From positions 9,789,150 through 9,853,149 of the forward strand of contig OZ037772.1 of assembly GCA_964035545.1 (NCBI GenBank): DNA of 64,000 nt. The letters are read 5' to 3'. The stretch is from Bugula neritina (taxonomy: Eukaryota > Animalia > Bryozoa). The position numbers and the translations under genes were made by a program. Positions within the stretch are counted from its first letter, which is position 1; every line of letters starts with the position of its first letter. Below are positions 1 through 13,285 of this stretch, in pieces. Below the pieces are notes generated by a model that searched no databases, had not been told where the DNA came from, and saw nothing but the letters and a program-made list of their open reading frames with translations.

Positions 1-629
1 TAAAGCTTACTATTTCTGTAGTCAGCTAAAGGCTTCGTCGTTTGTGCAAAAATGAAATTATGTTTAAATGCTCTATCCACTAGAACGCAACTTCTACTTT
101 GTATACGTGCTATAATGTTGCACCAAATTTAACTGCTAAACTGGATGTGAAACATTTTGATGAACGGCATCTTATTTAAACAACTATAGAGCCTAAAGTA
201 TACTTTAGCAGTTTAGCGCGTCATTAGATTTAATGAATTCTTAGGTGATGGAATGCACAACTATGAATATAGATCAGAGAAGAGTAAAATTTAGCGCTAA
301 GTTTTTATATTTCCCACTTTTCTAGAGTAGTTAATAGCGTTAAGTTTTTTTGTCACTCTTCTTGTAGCTAATTTTACAACGTAGCAATTTTAAAAACAAA
401 CTTAGCAATAAAAAGCTAAAAGCATTGATCTTTATTAATCCCTATACACGCAGCGTAACTATATAACAACAATAGAACTTACTTAGGTAATTAATGAGAT
501 GTTATAAATCTGTATGGTATATACTAAAGCACCCATCCTTTACTGGCATAAATGTATAGTTTATATATAGTACAATTACGTGTAATTAAGAGTTTAAACA
601 AGTTCAATACTTTTTTCTTTGTATTATAG

Positions 630-1848
630 AAAAAAGAGACCCTGAAGTAGAGCTTTGCACCTTGAATCTTGATGATTTCAGTTTAAACGCTAAACTCGAA
701 ATACCATCACACTTGCCCAGCTCCTTGACATGCTTGCAAGACTCTAAAGTTTCAGAAAGCTGCTTGTCTGTTTATCAGCTACAAAACATGTTATTGGTTG
801 GACTAAAAAATGGCAGAGGCATAGAAAAGATAGAGGAAGATGGCCAAATGAATAAAAGCTTTTTGAAAATCAGTACCAATGTAAACGACATTAAGATACA
901 TGACAATAAAATTTACACCTTAGGACTGAGATGGAACTCATTTACTGTAAACGTTTATGAGACAACTGGTAAGGCACTACATACTTGGAATCATGCGCGC
1001 TACGATGGAGCATACGTCAATAAATTTGCAATTATTGCTGATCAGATTATTGTGCCTCATCGTAAAGACAGGTGTCTTGTATGTTATTCCATGGAAGGGG
1101 ACGAGATATGTCGTGTTCCATGTCCATTTTTAAGCTCTGAAAAGAGTAGCACATATATTTGCAAGGCGAGCAAAGAATCTGCCATCATATCTGATTCATT
1201 ATCCAGCCAAGTTTTTAGGGTAAAAATACCTTCAGGCGATGTCGTGTGGGTGTCCGATAGAGTAAAACATCCACAAGCTGTGGAAATTTACAAAGAGGAG
1301 TATGTCTTGATTTCTCAACCTGGAACCTCTGTCATCATATTTATCCTGGACGTTGAAACCGGTAAATTAAAGAAGTTATTAAAAGTTAGAAATTTTTAAT
1401 AACTTTGGCGTTTCTTCGAAATGTGAACTTAAAAATTGCTTCAATCTAAAATATTTTTTGCAGGGAAAAAAGGTTAGTTGCATAATTTGAAAACATGGTA
1501 ATTCTGAGCTAGACTATAGCAGTAGCATGTAGTTTACTTGGTCAAAATAATTGCATTAACACTTTTTTATTATATATAGCTTGCTTTTGACCAGTTAAAA
1601 ATTAATCAAATTGTAATAGAACCGGTGCAGCAAATATTAGGTTGTAGTTTTACTTTTATTTCATTGTTTTTTTGTTATAAAACTAATTATGTGTTTTAAT
1701 TTGATTCAAAAAAGGTGGTTTACTTCACCTGCTTACTGATCCAACAGTTAGAGTTTTCTCTCATGTGGACGATCTCCATGTATATCAAGACAAACTCATT
1801 GTACCAAGATTTGATGAAAAGACGGTTGTGCTATATCAGTTGGATTAA
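630..1848 (+). CDS. 3' exons of a beta-propeller (NHL/YVTN-like) protein; exons 630-1361, optional 1464-1472, 1715-1848; 5' exons not identified
   Basis: Acceptor tttgtattatag|630. The 245-aa ORF has repeated beta-strand motifs (IKIHDNKIY, FAIIADQIIV, PQAVEIYKEEYVLI). Donor G|gtaaat at 1362. A phase-1 exon at 1715 continues GGLLHLLTDPTVRVFSHVDDLHVYQDKLIVPRFDEKTVVLYQLD* (TAA 1846-1848). Confidence 0.7.
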
Positions 1849-2840
1849 AAGGTAATGCTCTCAGAATAGCTTGTATTATGTTTAATATCTGAATTGCATT
1901 TGGCCTTACTGTTCAAATTACATTATTAATTGTTTCTGCTTAGATAAACTTACATAAGGGTATTTATATTTTTTTAAAGTATAAAAAAAACATTGAGAAA
2001 ATATTTGCCTGTTGTTCTTTAAGAAATTTAAAAAAATGCCTAAACTAGGCTTTTAGCATACAAACTTTACCAAAGTAAAAGGTTGTTAAAATTTAGCAAA
2101 ATATATTATAATTTTATAATGAAATAGAAAAACAAACAAAATAAATACGTTACTATTTTGCATTTTAAAAGCTATAAGCTTATACTTCAAAATTGAAAAA
2201 CAATTTGTGCTTTTGCTCTTGCAAGACACACATATTACACCATAAATTCTTTTACAGCTCTTCATGTTGAAGGAATTTTTCATAAATTGCAAATTTAGCC
2301 TATTTTATGTAATTGTTTAATTATATATAATATTTCTAATTAATTAGCTAATTTGAAAGTGCTTTCATATAATTTCAAGCAGTATAAATTATAGTTCTCC
2401 CCAATGCTTATTACAGATCAATCAAGAGGTGCTGAGTTTTGGGATCTGTCTTTATTATATCTTCATCAAGACTGGCGCAGTTCGATGGTACCTTTCATGC
2501 TTTTATAAAGCACTTATGACTTTCTAGTTAACTTGTAGCAAATTTATGTTTTTCGAGAGCGAATCCCAGCTAACTTTAAACGATTGAGAGCAAAAATGAC
2601 TTTTACATTATTATAGGTTATCAATTACGAATTCGAAAATATTTTTCTACTCACTTACATATACTGGCCGAGTGAAACATTGCACTGTTGTACGAGTTCT
2701 TCATTAGTCATAGTTTTGTTTTTCTTATGCATTTAATTTTTTATTGGTTTTATAAAAAAATTCATTTTATTTAAAAACTGTGATTCAGGTATTATACGGC
2801 TCACATTATGCACTTTATATCAAATACAATGATAAAAATA

Positions 2841-3096
<256 letters not shown>

Positions 3097-3101
3097 CTCA
3101 A

Positions 3102-3148
3102 TCTGTGGACAGCAGCTGTTTCGGGATTTGTCCCCTCATCAGCACAGA
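3102..3148 (-). ncRNA. Minimal type I hammerhead ribozyme (intact core)
   Basis: Minus strand reads TCTGTG-CTGATGA-G-GGGA-CAAA-TCCC-GAA-ACAG-CTG-CTGT-C^CACAGA: stem I TCTGTG/CACAGA, CUGAUGA box, stem II GGGA/TCCC, GAAA box, short stem III, GUC cleavage triplet. Confidence 0.88.
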
Positions 3149-3373
3149 ACAGAGTACTATGGCTCACACCTCCGCAATAGTAGAAACTTATAGTCTTACT
3201 AAAACATATTTAAAAGGTGTGTAAATCCAAGCCAGAGTGCTCAAGTGACTCTAGGGGTCACCTAGGAGTCACAAGCATTGCTAAATGCTAGCAGCTTGAG
3301 TTTGTGACCATGGTGAGAGTGCTCAATCATTTAATGTCATTGCTGAGCATTAAATGAGAGCGTAATATCTCAA

Positions 3374-3420
3374 TCTGTGGACAGCAGCTGTTTCGGGATT
3401 TGTCCCCCCATAAGCACAGA
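3374..3420 (-). ncRNA. Second hammerhead copy with mutated core (CUUAUGG), probably inactive
   Basis: Identical to 3102-3148 except CTGATGA>CTTATGG; lies 272 bp away. Confidence 0.75.
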
Positions 3421-4310
3421 ACAGAGTACCATGGCTCACACCTCCGCAATAGTAGAAACTTATAGCTTATTTAATACTAAAGCTTATTTAAAAGGTGTGT
3501 AAACTTAGAGAAGCAAGTGTACATACACAGGCTGTAATCTAAAAATTTAAGCCAGTGATCTATATGAATGCTACAGGACAAAATAGCAAAAATATAGACC
3601 AGAAATGATTAGCATCAGCTCTGTGGGGCCAAACTTATATTTAAGCCAACTTATGATTGGACATACTATCTTGAATTTGAATTCTGCTGTGTAAGAAGAC
3701 ATATAGGTGAACAACCGGTCACTGCATAAATGTAAGCTAGTAAGAGACATGTGAAATATTTTTTCTATGAGCTACTATAAAATGCAATTCTTCTATAATA
3801 TTATTATGTGAAGTTTACTGAACTAGCTTTTAAATAGTGTTAAGATATAAATCATGTTCTTAAATATTGCATTCAGACGGAACAGAATGATGGTTAGAAC
3901 TGTTAGCTGTTAGAACTAAAGAATTCAAAGATACAAACTTTGACCTTCTTCTCTTAATTGATAATATGAACAAATATACTGAGTTTGCTTAAAAAATGAT
4001 ACGTTGCCGAACTGTTATGTAAATTTTTTTTCAATTACTGAATTTTAATTATTACTGCACAACTAAACTATAGCTTTGGTTGAAAACTCATCCCATAAGA
4101 TTTTTTTTGATATTTTTGTTTCATATGCATTCTGAGAGACTTTAAAAAATATATTAGAAAAATTCGGTTTTTGAAATACATGTTACTACATGTGAGTAAG
4201 AATTGAGTTAGAGCAAACAACTAATCAAGTTTACTAGCACATCTCATCTAATTAAAAGACCGTTCAAATGTGTTGCTGAGAACTATTTTTCTACTACATC
4301 TCAAAATCAC

Positions 4311-7300
4311 CTATAATAACTGAAAAAATTCATCGACATCATCATTACTATCAGCAGTTTCAGTGTTTTCCAGCTCTAGCAGCAACAGCTCCTCTTCTTC
4401 TGTCTGATTACGCAGACCCACACTTTGGTGGACATAATCAGACTGGGGTAGTACAACATCTGCGCCTGGCAAGTGAGCTGCAGTTGTATGCTGAACAGTG
4501 TTTGGTTGAATTAGTTCTAACTGCTGCAGCAACAGGTCCTGGTCATCTGGCTGGTTTTCTAAACCAATGATAGTGTGGGGAATGTTCTGATTAGCAAAAT
4601 GGGGTGGCGAGTTTACAGTATCGTACTTTGCTGATTTAGCTGGGGATGCTACAGGGCTATCAAACTGGGTAGGCTCTTCCAAACTGTCCATAAATTCTAC
4701 GAACTTTGAAATGTCATTTTCTGCAGTTTTTGCGGCTGCTGCAGTCTTTGCGGCTGCTGCAAGTAGTGTAGAGGCCTGACAAGATTCTGGTGGTTGCTTT
4801 CGTTTTGGTTTTTGCTGATTCGGCTCATTTGCTGGACGCTTTGCAGGTTTAGGAACGTTTCCAGTTGGTTTAACTTTTGTTGTGGGAACATCGATGGCTT
4901 CACTTGGTGCATTCTCATCTATAGGTTCAAAAACGTAGTCTTGCATTTCAACCAATAACGATTGAAGTGGATCCAAAGGATCTTCTTGGTTGCAGTCGAC
5001 CTCTTGCTCTGACTCCTGAGTACTTTCCTCTGGTTTTGATTCAGTTGGAACTTCTGAATTGGAAACCTCATTAGCCAAAAAGTTGTAAAGTTCAGTAAAA
5101 GAATCTTGCTCAGTATCCTTTGCAACTTTTTTCTTTGCTGGTTTAGCTGGAGACTTTGTAGGACTTGCACCAGAAACCTCATTAGCTAAAAAGTTGTAAA
5201 GTTCAGTAAAAGAATCTTGCTCAGTATCTTTTGCAACTTTTTTCTTTGCTGGTTTAGCTGGAGATTTTGGAGGACTTGCAGCGGAAAGCTCCGTGTTCAA
5301 ACAATCCATAAACTCAGTAAAAGAATATTCCTCTGTATCATCATCAACTGTTTTCTTTGCTGGTTTAGCTTGCGACTTTGGAACATTTGCACTGGGAAGT
5401 TCACTATCCAAACAATCAACAAATTCAGTAAACGAATATTCCTCCGTATCTTCTGAAACTGGTTTTTTAGCTGGTGCAGGTGGAGGCTGTGGAGTATCTG
5501 CATTTACAAAACATACTTTCATCAAACATGCCAGTATTTTTAAAGACTATGATATACAAACAAGTTAGATATGGGCAATATGGTTTTATGCTACATTGTC
5601 TAATAGCTGTATTGGTAGTGCATTTTGTCATTGATTACCCTAGAAAGTATTACTTTTTATTGAAGCGCATCTAAAATGCTACCATATTTAAAAACTGATC
5701 AATTAATGGTCATTGCAATAGCTGATATGGCTTAAAGGTTCAAAGTTTAAACTTTCAAGCCATCTCAGTGGTTACATTGTGCAGTCTAGCAGCTTAAAAT
5801 AGCATGCAATGAAATTTAGCTATAACTAATATTAGTTTTTAAATAACATAAAATCAAAGTCAACTGGAAATGTCATCCACAAGCGGCTAAAAGTTTCAAA
5901 TCATTTCAGCGCATACTCGCACAAAATTCGTTATAAAACAAAAGCGATTTTAGGCATGCCGCCTCAAAACAATATTTAGATAAAAACTAACATATATAAG
6001 AATATTTTTATACTAAAAATTGGTGAACTATGTCAGGGATGCTTTAATATAGTCTTTATAAAAGTTATATAACTAATATTATTACTTTTAAAGTTTAGTA
6101 GTTTTGAAATATCAAGTTCTAATTAGTCAAAATTTTACCTGGATTTTTAGCTTGGTCTTCTTCTTCATATATTATACTTTTTCTTGTCGCCCTTAATTTT
6201 ACTAACTCCTTCTTGCTCCAAGCTTTACCATATATATTCTCAGGCATTTTTATAAAAACTCGATATTTTCTGTTTGCTTCCATCAGTCTCTTAGATTCTG
6301 TTTTCTTGCTAACTTTTGGTTTGGCATTTGGCAGAAGCGTGACGAAAACATAGGAGGTGGAGTCTGGTTTCTTTGCAGCCGGCGGAGCAGGTTGCAATGT
6401 AAACTTCTTTTTGATTGGTTCTGCCTTCTGAGGTAATATCTTGTGCTCATAGCCACCAGGCAGGTTTTCATCAGCTGCCAATTCATCTCGATACGCTGCG
6501 TCATCATCCAGTTCCATTTCTTCAGTTTGAGTTGGCTCTGAGACTTGGTCGGGAATGACATGGCCGAGTGGAGGGTCAAGGTCGCCTACTAGTTTTGTGT
6601 CAGCTACGATATTGTAAACCTTTTTCTTTAATATTGCGTCTATGTTTTGCTCTATGTACATCTAAAAATATTAGTTCCAAATTGTTTATAATAAATATAT
6701 CAAAAAACGACTTGGCAAATTGTACAACATGAACTTGGTAATTAAACCTAAACAAACTTTTAGAATTATCTTGCATTTGTAAGAATCTTAAAATAGTCAA
6801 TTTAATTATCGCATTAGTAGTTTTAAGTAATAATGACATGTGATCAATATGTTGATCTAGCAAATTATATTAGTTGGAAACATTTTGTTTAACAGTACAA
6901 TAAACGCAATGCATAAAGTGCACAAAAAACAAGTATGATAAAAAAACTTGAGTTCAACTAAATAATGTAGAATAGTGACTATTTTTGGATCACACAAACA
7001 CTCTTTAATAAATAGAAAAAAAAATTATTGCATAGCTGTATTAATATGTATTTTAAAAAAATAACCTTCTCTTTTACTATTTAGATATTCCAATTTGTAT
7101 TACACGGATACAAATTGCTAATTTTAAAATTTTAATCATGCGCTTCCACTCTTTATAGTTGCAAAATGATTGCCTGAATAAAAAATCATATCTGTTGAAT
7201 ATTTTTGACCCAACCACATATTTCTTATACATGTAAGAAACGGATCAGATTACCTGTAATAAAGTATATATAATGATTTAGGTCAGTATTACATATAATA

Positions 7301-10300
7301 TAAGTCAATAAATTTAATTGGTCGAATTATATTTGAAAACGACTTTTACCAATACTCTTTCTGTTTGTGAAGCCTTCTCCCTTGTCTTGGTGAGTAATTT
7401 ATAAGCACTGGAGAGGAAGTCAAAAGCTTCAGTTGGCTGGTTTCGTAACAGAGAGTTGCTGACAAAGCTGGCTGCTAGAGTCAATATCTGAACACAAAAT
7501 AAATTAAAAATTTTAAGAGCAAACATTTCACGAAGCATCTTTTAGTACTATAATATGTGATCAACTCTTATGGCTATAAAATATATATCTGCTTGAGGAT
7601 GTATTAACATATATTATACTGACATAAACTAAAAAACGTTTATTATAATATATATTTATATTATTCATTTTAACATTTAAAGAATAGTATGGAAACTTTT
7701 TATTTAATTTTGCATTAACTTTTTATGGTTGTCACCTGGTATCTGGGTGAATAATTTTCTTTAAGATTCTAAACAATGCACTGCTGCCATCTTACCCACA
7801 ATGCATTTTCAATATAATTTTTTAAAACCATATGATGATAATTTTTTCTTATTATTATATATTAATGTTTTCCTTAACTTACTGACATTAATTGACATAT
7901 TCTATAATGTGTTATCTCTTTAGAAACCAAAATATAATATTCTCAAAATGCCTAAGTTTTATCTATATAAATAAATTTATGTCTTCAAGTTAATTCATAT
8001 TATTTAATTGTTATTTTATTGTAAATTCTAGCAATTCATACCATCATAACTTTATCAGTGTCTTTCCAGCCATCATCTCCAAGAACATGTCGCTCGAGTA
8101 AATCAGGAAAACTTGGGCGACGTTTACTCTTTGTCAACAGCTCAATAAGTTTCCCCAAGACCTCTCTATAACCACTAACTTTGTACACTATCATATTTGC
8201 TGCAAACATCAAATTATTATAGAGATCAATTATTTAAATCACAATACGATTTGGTCAACTATTTGCACCACCCTACCGACATTGCATTAAGCTACATAAT
8301 TACTTCCCAATTTTACTTATATTATATATTGTAAACTAGGATGTGAAAGTTAGAAATTGCTTAGTGTTGATATAATATTTTCTTATTTGAAAATTAAGAC
8401 AAAAACACTACTTTTTTAAATATTTTAATAAAATGCATAAGTTCTAACTTCTAGTAAATTGCATTTTTGCTGTTAGTGCAAAACTATTACTATAACATAT
8501 GCGTATATATATCTACTGATGCACATATTATGGTCTTATCTTACTGGATTTAAACCTATTTTTTTCAAAATTACTTTTATTTTGTTTAATAAAATTTATA
8601 ATAAACCTTAATTTTACATTTTACTATAACTTATTAGTTTCAAGTACGTTTCGATCTCTGCTGCTTTCAGTGCATATGCACTCGCATACTGTACACTTTA
8701 AATATACTCACTGTACTTCTGTAGGGCAGCGAGACACTTCTCAGAAGTGACTGACTGCCATTTTGGAAACAGATGCTGCAGACAATCCATTTGATCTTTG
8801 CTCAGGTTTGAGCCTCTTAGACTATACAAATAGAAAATAATTCTACTGCAAACTTTTGATAACTTCAGACTTCATACTTGCATATACTACAGAGGGCAAA
8901 TCCAATAGCTTATATATGCAAAGAAAAGCATTCAGTGATCTTAGAATGTACTAAACAGAAGAGCTTTTTAGCCACATTACCCGTATGGGTGCAGCAGTGG
9001 TCTAGAGGTATTAGAGCATTTGCCTAGTAAGCAAAAAGTCATGAGTTCGAGCTCGACAATTAAAGAACATTGGTGATGTTAGGAAGAGCATCCAATTATA
9101 ATTACTCTTGTGCCTCATTGAAACAAGTTTTTTAATTAAAATTCTTTTTTGTTAAGGGTTTTCTCACAGGGATAGTGACTATAACTTTTTGTAAGTTTTT
9201 TATCATCACGATGAGAGTTTCAATTTATTTTTCTTGAAAACTCTAACTAACTTGTGTTTTTGCAGATATAAATCAATTAAACAATTGTCATGTTTTTTTT
9301 CTTAAAATTGAAATATGAAAGTGAATTAGGTGTGTTAGCCAACTGACCCTGTGAAGACGAAGGATATTGCTACTTTTTCACAGTGTCCCAGTTTCGAGCA
9401 ATCAACACATTCTTTTTCGCTGATAGCAGGTTTCAGATTCACGGCAGTGGCAGCACCTGTATTCTCTGTACTCTGCAGAGCTGTTGATGTGGTCGCTTGC
9501 TGAGACGCTATTGGTTTATTAAGATGGGACTTTTTTGGCGTTTGTCCCATCTGACCTTCCTTGCCATGAAGTGCATCAAGCTCACACAGGTCAAACTTTC
9601 TACTGGGGTGAATTATCTTATTATAGTTTCTAAGCCATCGGCCCTGCAGTAAAAGCCAAAATAAAACATAATTCTAATATTGCAATATATGTTGTTAATT
9701 TTGAATAATTATATACTGTATAATTTATAATACTTTGGTAATTGATTGCATATTATTGTTTTTGTACTCAGGCTGATTTTAAAGTTAAAAAACAAAATTG
9801 CTGTAAGAATACCTATACAAGTGATTATTTTAAATAAGTTTCTTTGCTATGCACTTGTTAAGTTTTGGATGTGCTTTCAACCATTAAACCAATGCTGCAT
9901 GAAAGAGCTTTTATTATGCATGTCAGGTAGATGCAATGATGTTATAGAAGATTTTTTAAAGTTCTACTGAAATTGCATTATTTTATGCAGATACTAATTT
10001 GCAGTTATGCTGCATACTTTTTTCAAATAATTAAAAAAAAAGTTAAATAAAAAAACTAATTTAAAAACATTGCATTAAAATTGTTTCACAACACATTATG
10101 CCTGTATTTAGATGTTATCTTATTATGTTTGAAACAAAATACTTTATGCTTAAGTTTTAGACAAAAATAATCTAATTTTCTTAATTACCTGAAGAGCTAA
10201 AGTGTTGGTTGAGATGTAGTTGAATGATTGGAGAGACTTGGTTGCCCAGTTGGTAAACAGCTCTGCTCTGAATTTGAGATTATTTCTGCACTCAAAAGAT

Positions 10301-12498
10301 AAGTTGCTAGTAATCAGAAACACCTAAAATATATAAAGATTTTGTTGATTAAATATATTTTTTATTTTGAAAAGAGCAATTAACTATATAACTAAAATAA
10401 ATATACTATAATATACTCCATAAGATTAGCTTAATTAGTGAAGTCTTGAATTTTGATAATATTACTTTACCATTCATTATAACTGTTCATCCAAAAGAGA
10501 ACTCAATAATTTAAAATTATTGATCATTAAGACATTTTTACATCTATGACTTCACATAATGAAAATAATACAAATATAACATATAGGTTGGTTCATATAT
10601 AGTCTTGATACTAATTTGCCTCACTACTAATAAATTTTTTTAAATCAGCAAACACTGCTTGAATAATACTTACTGGATCTTTCAAAAATTTTAATAATTA
10701 CCGTATATAATAAACTGGTTTATTTGTTTTAACTGAGTATCAATAATTTCAAATAAAAAAAGTTTATTTAAACTTGATTATTTTCAATGTAGGACGTACA
10801 CTGCCACCTGATCTGGACATGACACCAAAAGGTGCGGAATAAGAAAGAAACTAGAACACACTGTAATAAAATATAATTTATGTTTAACTAACCATCATAA
10901 TTCTATCATCTGGTGGGATGACTCGAGGATTCCCAGGCAAAAAGAATGCCTTAATCATTTCATAGAACAAGCTCTCGGCTTTAGCCTCCGTATTAATCCT
11001 TCCAAAACTGCATATGAACTTTATATTAATCAGCTCAAAATCTCTATGCTGGGTCAAAACATTTGCTGAAAATATTTCAACGAAACACAATATATCAAGT
11101 TTGTAAAAAACTGGTTACTGATTTTTAAGAATACAAAATAAAAATTTGCATATATACTATATAGAAATTATACATGTTTAAAAAGTAGATATAAAAAGAA
11201 AAGTATTCATAAAGTTCTTTTAGCCTAAATTTTAAATTTAATAAAATTTACAAAATCTTTATAAAGTATTCATATTAAATTATACAATTATAATATACCA
11301 AACCAAAATAAGATGTTAGATTATATGATAAATTAAAGTTGCAATTTTTAAATCCTATAAAAAGGGTTTGATGTTTATTGCAAAGAATAGGTGTTACACG
11401 CTTGCAACAAAGCTGAATATTTTTGTGGCGATGAAGATTGAAAGGCTTGTATTTGTATATTGTTTTGTATTGCATGTAGCAATATATGAGTAGCAGACAG
11501 TTTGCTTTGCAAAAATATATATTGCTGCAATGCACAGCCATGCATTAATATTAGGCATATATATGCTAATATATCTCTTAAATAAGTTGTTTAGATGAAA
11601 TTTACAAGCAAATTACCAAATTTATAGACATACATTATCAAATCTAATGGAAATGATTGCAGTCAGCAGCTCAGGTTTATAAAATGTTTTGAGTTTACTG
11701 TTCAAATCAAATTATATTTGAATAATTAAATTAGACTTAATTATAGATCAAAGCAACTAAAAAATTAGATTAAAATAGATTTATAATTTTTTAAAACTAT
11801 ATATAATTAAATTAAAACAATTTGAAGTAAAACTAAATTAAATTTGTTTAATTATTTTGGTATTTTCGTAAATTTCTAGTAAAAAGAGTATTTTTTAAAA
11901 CAATTTACAGGTGTATTTCAGGAGCATCAAACATCACCAAAGTAGTTTCGTTAGGAATGTAATATACTAAATGAAAAGGAATGTTAAGGAAATTGTACCA
12001 TAATCTTCCAACAACACTCCAATAGGTGTTGAGGTGTAGTCTACTAGAGGAATCTGTCGATATGGCCGTCTAATATCAGCCCACCTGTACAGAGAACAAT
12101 AAAATTCAATAGCTATAAATTTTCTACTAATTGAACTAAATATTAAATATTTTATTTACTTTTTATAATTTTTTACAGAAGCAGAAGACTTTAATGATCT
12201 TTCAAAAACAATAAAAAGTGCTGTAGTACATGATACTTTTTTGCTAATGTTTAAAAGAATTGACAGCAAACAACACGTGTGGTTAAAGAACTAAGGCTAA
12301 TATTTAAATACATTCAGACATTTTTATTTTTTTAAGAAGTTGACAATTGTCTCACAGACTTGTGTTGCTTTATTAGCTGTACCTTTGCAGGATAAATGAG
12401 ACTAAAAGATTCTTGATGGAGACTGAGCTCTCACAGGGCTGCTTGCGGGAAACCCTCGGGTCTTTGAGGATGTCCCTGTTAGGGTTTGGTACAGCCAT
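4311..12498 (-). CDS. Uncharacterised protein A (~973 aa, 10 coding exons): N-terminal ~400-aa region shared with protein B, then an acidic repeat tail
   Basis: Phase-consistent GT-AG exons 12498-12383, 12084-11999, 11065-10893, 10323-10189, 9643-9348, 8821-8712, 8199-8042, 7487-7350, 6661-6139, 5497-4311 give one open frame. Start ATG inferred by alignment with gene B. Confidence 0.8.
5064..5445 (-). repeat. Coding tandem repeat of ~120 bp (~40 aa) in the last exon of gene A
   Basis: Units of the form PAKK..DTE(E/Q)(Y/D)SFTE(F/L)..(C/F)L..E.......P.KS; four SFTE motifs. Confidence 0.85.
8987..9185 (+). mobile_element. tRNA-derived SINE (intronic)
   Basis: tRNA-like head with A box (gtggtctagagg) and B box (gagttcgagc), then body ggtgatgttaggaagagcatcc...aagggttttctcacagggatagtgact. 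Homologous copy at ~60270-60467 (-). Confidence 0.75.
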
Positions 12499-13285
12499 AG
12501 CCTTTAACTTCAGACCAGCTGGGAGTTCAGGCTATATATTAAATGCTGGAAACATATTAATGTATAAAAAAATAAAACTATTTTAACAATTCTTTAGTAT
12601 ATGCAAATTATTTCAATTAAATATTTGATTAGATTTCCATAAGACGTAACTACAATAAATAGAAGTTTAAAATCAAATGAGTGTAAATAATAATTATATT
12701 GATTATCTTAATTCGTATATAAAATTAGAATAGAAAAGGCTAGAGTGTAAAAAGTTGTGTATGTGTGCATGTGTATGCTAGTGCATGCTTGCTTGTATAT
12801 TATAAAATTAGAATAATTATTTCTTTTTCAACAGATGACAAGATATCGTGTTCTGCTCAAGAGAGACAGAGAGGGAAACTAATCAAGTAAAAAAATATTT
12901 AAACATTCTCAAAAAAATTAATGTCTTTTACAAAAAACTAAAACTAAAAAGTTGATTAAAAGAAGTTTATGGAAAAAAGTATTGCTATTAGCTCAGCTTG
13001 ATAAATATGATTTAGAAGTTGTATAGTCAAAGAGCAATCACACTCTTAATGATGGTTGTCATACATTTTGCTTTTATTCATATTTTTCAAAAAAATATTT
13101 GAAAAATGAATAACTTGTTACTGTTTGTTTAAATGTATTTTTAGGATAAATACTACAAAACAAAACCACTACTAAATGTTTTTGCAACTAGCTAGAAAAT
13201 AATACACTACTCGAGAGATTGTTTGATTTTAGTCACAAATAAATAAACAAAATGCTTAGTCTGCTGAGAAAAGGTTACTTTAACT

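Noticed and set aside
7736-7768. 33-nt in-frame cassette exon (NLKENYSPRYQ) in gene A
   Set aside because: It has AG/GT ends and phase 0-0, but splice signals are weak and there is no counterpart in paralogue B; left out pending RNA-seq.
8987-9070. Functional tRNA gene (also ~60400-60467)
   Set aside because: No convincing acceptor-stem pairing, and the head runs into a shared SINE body in both copies.
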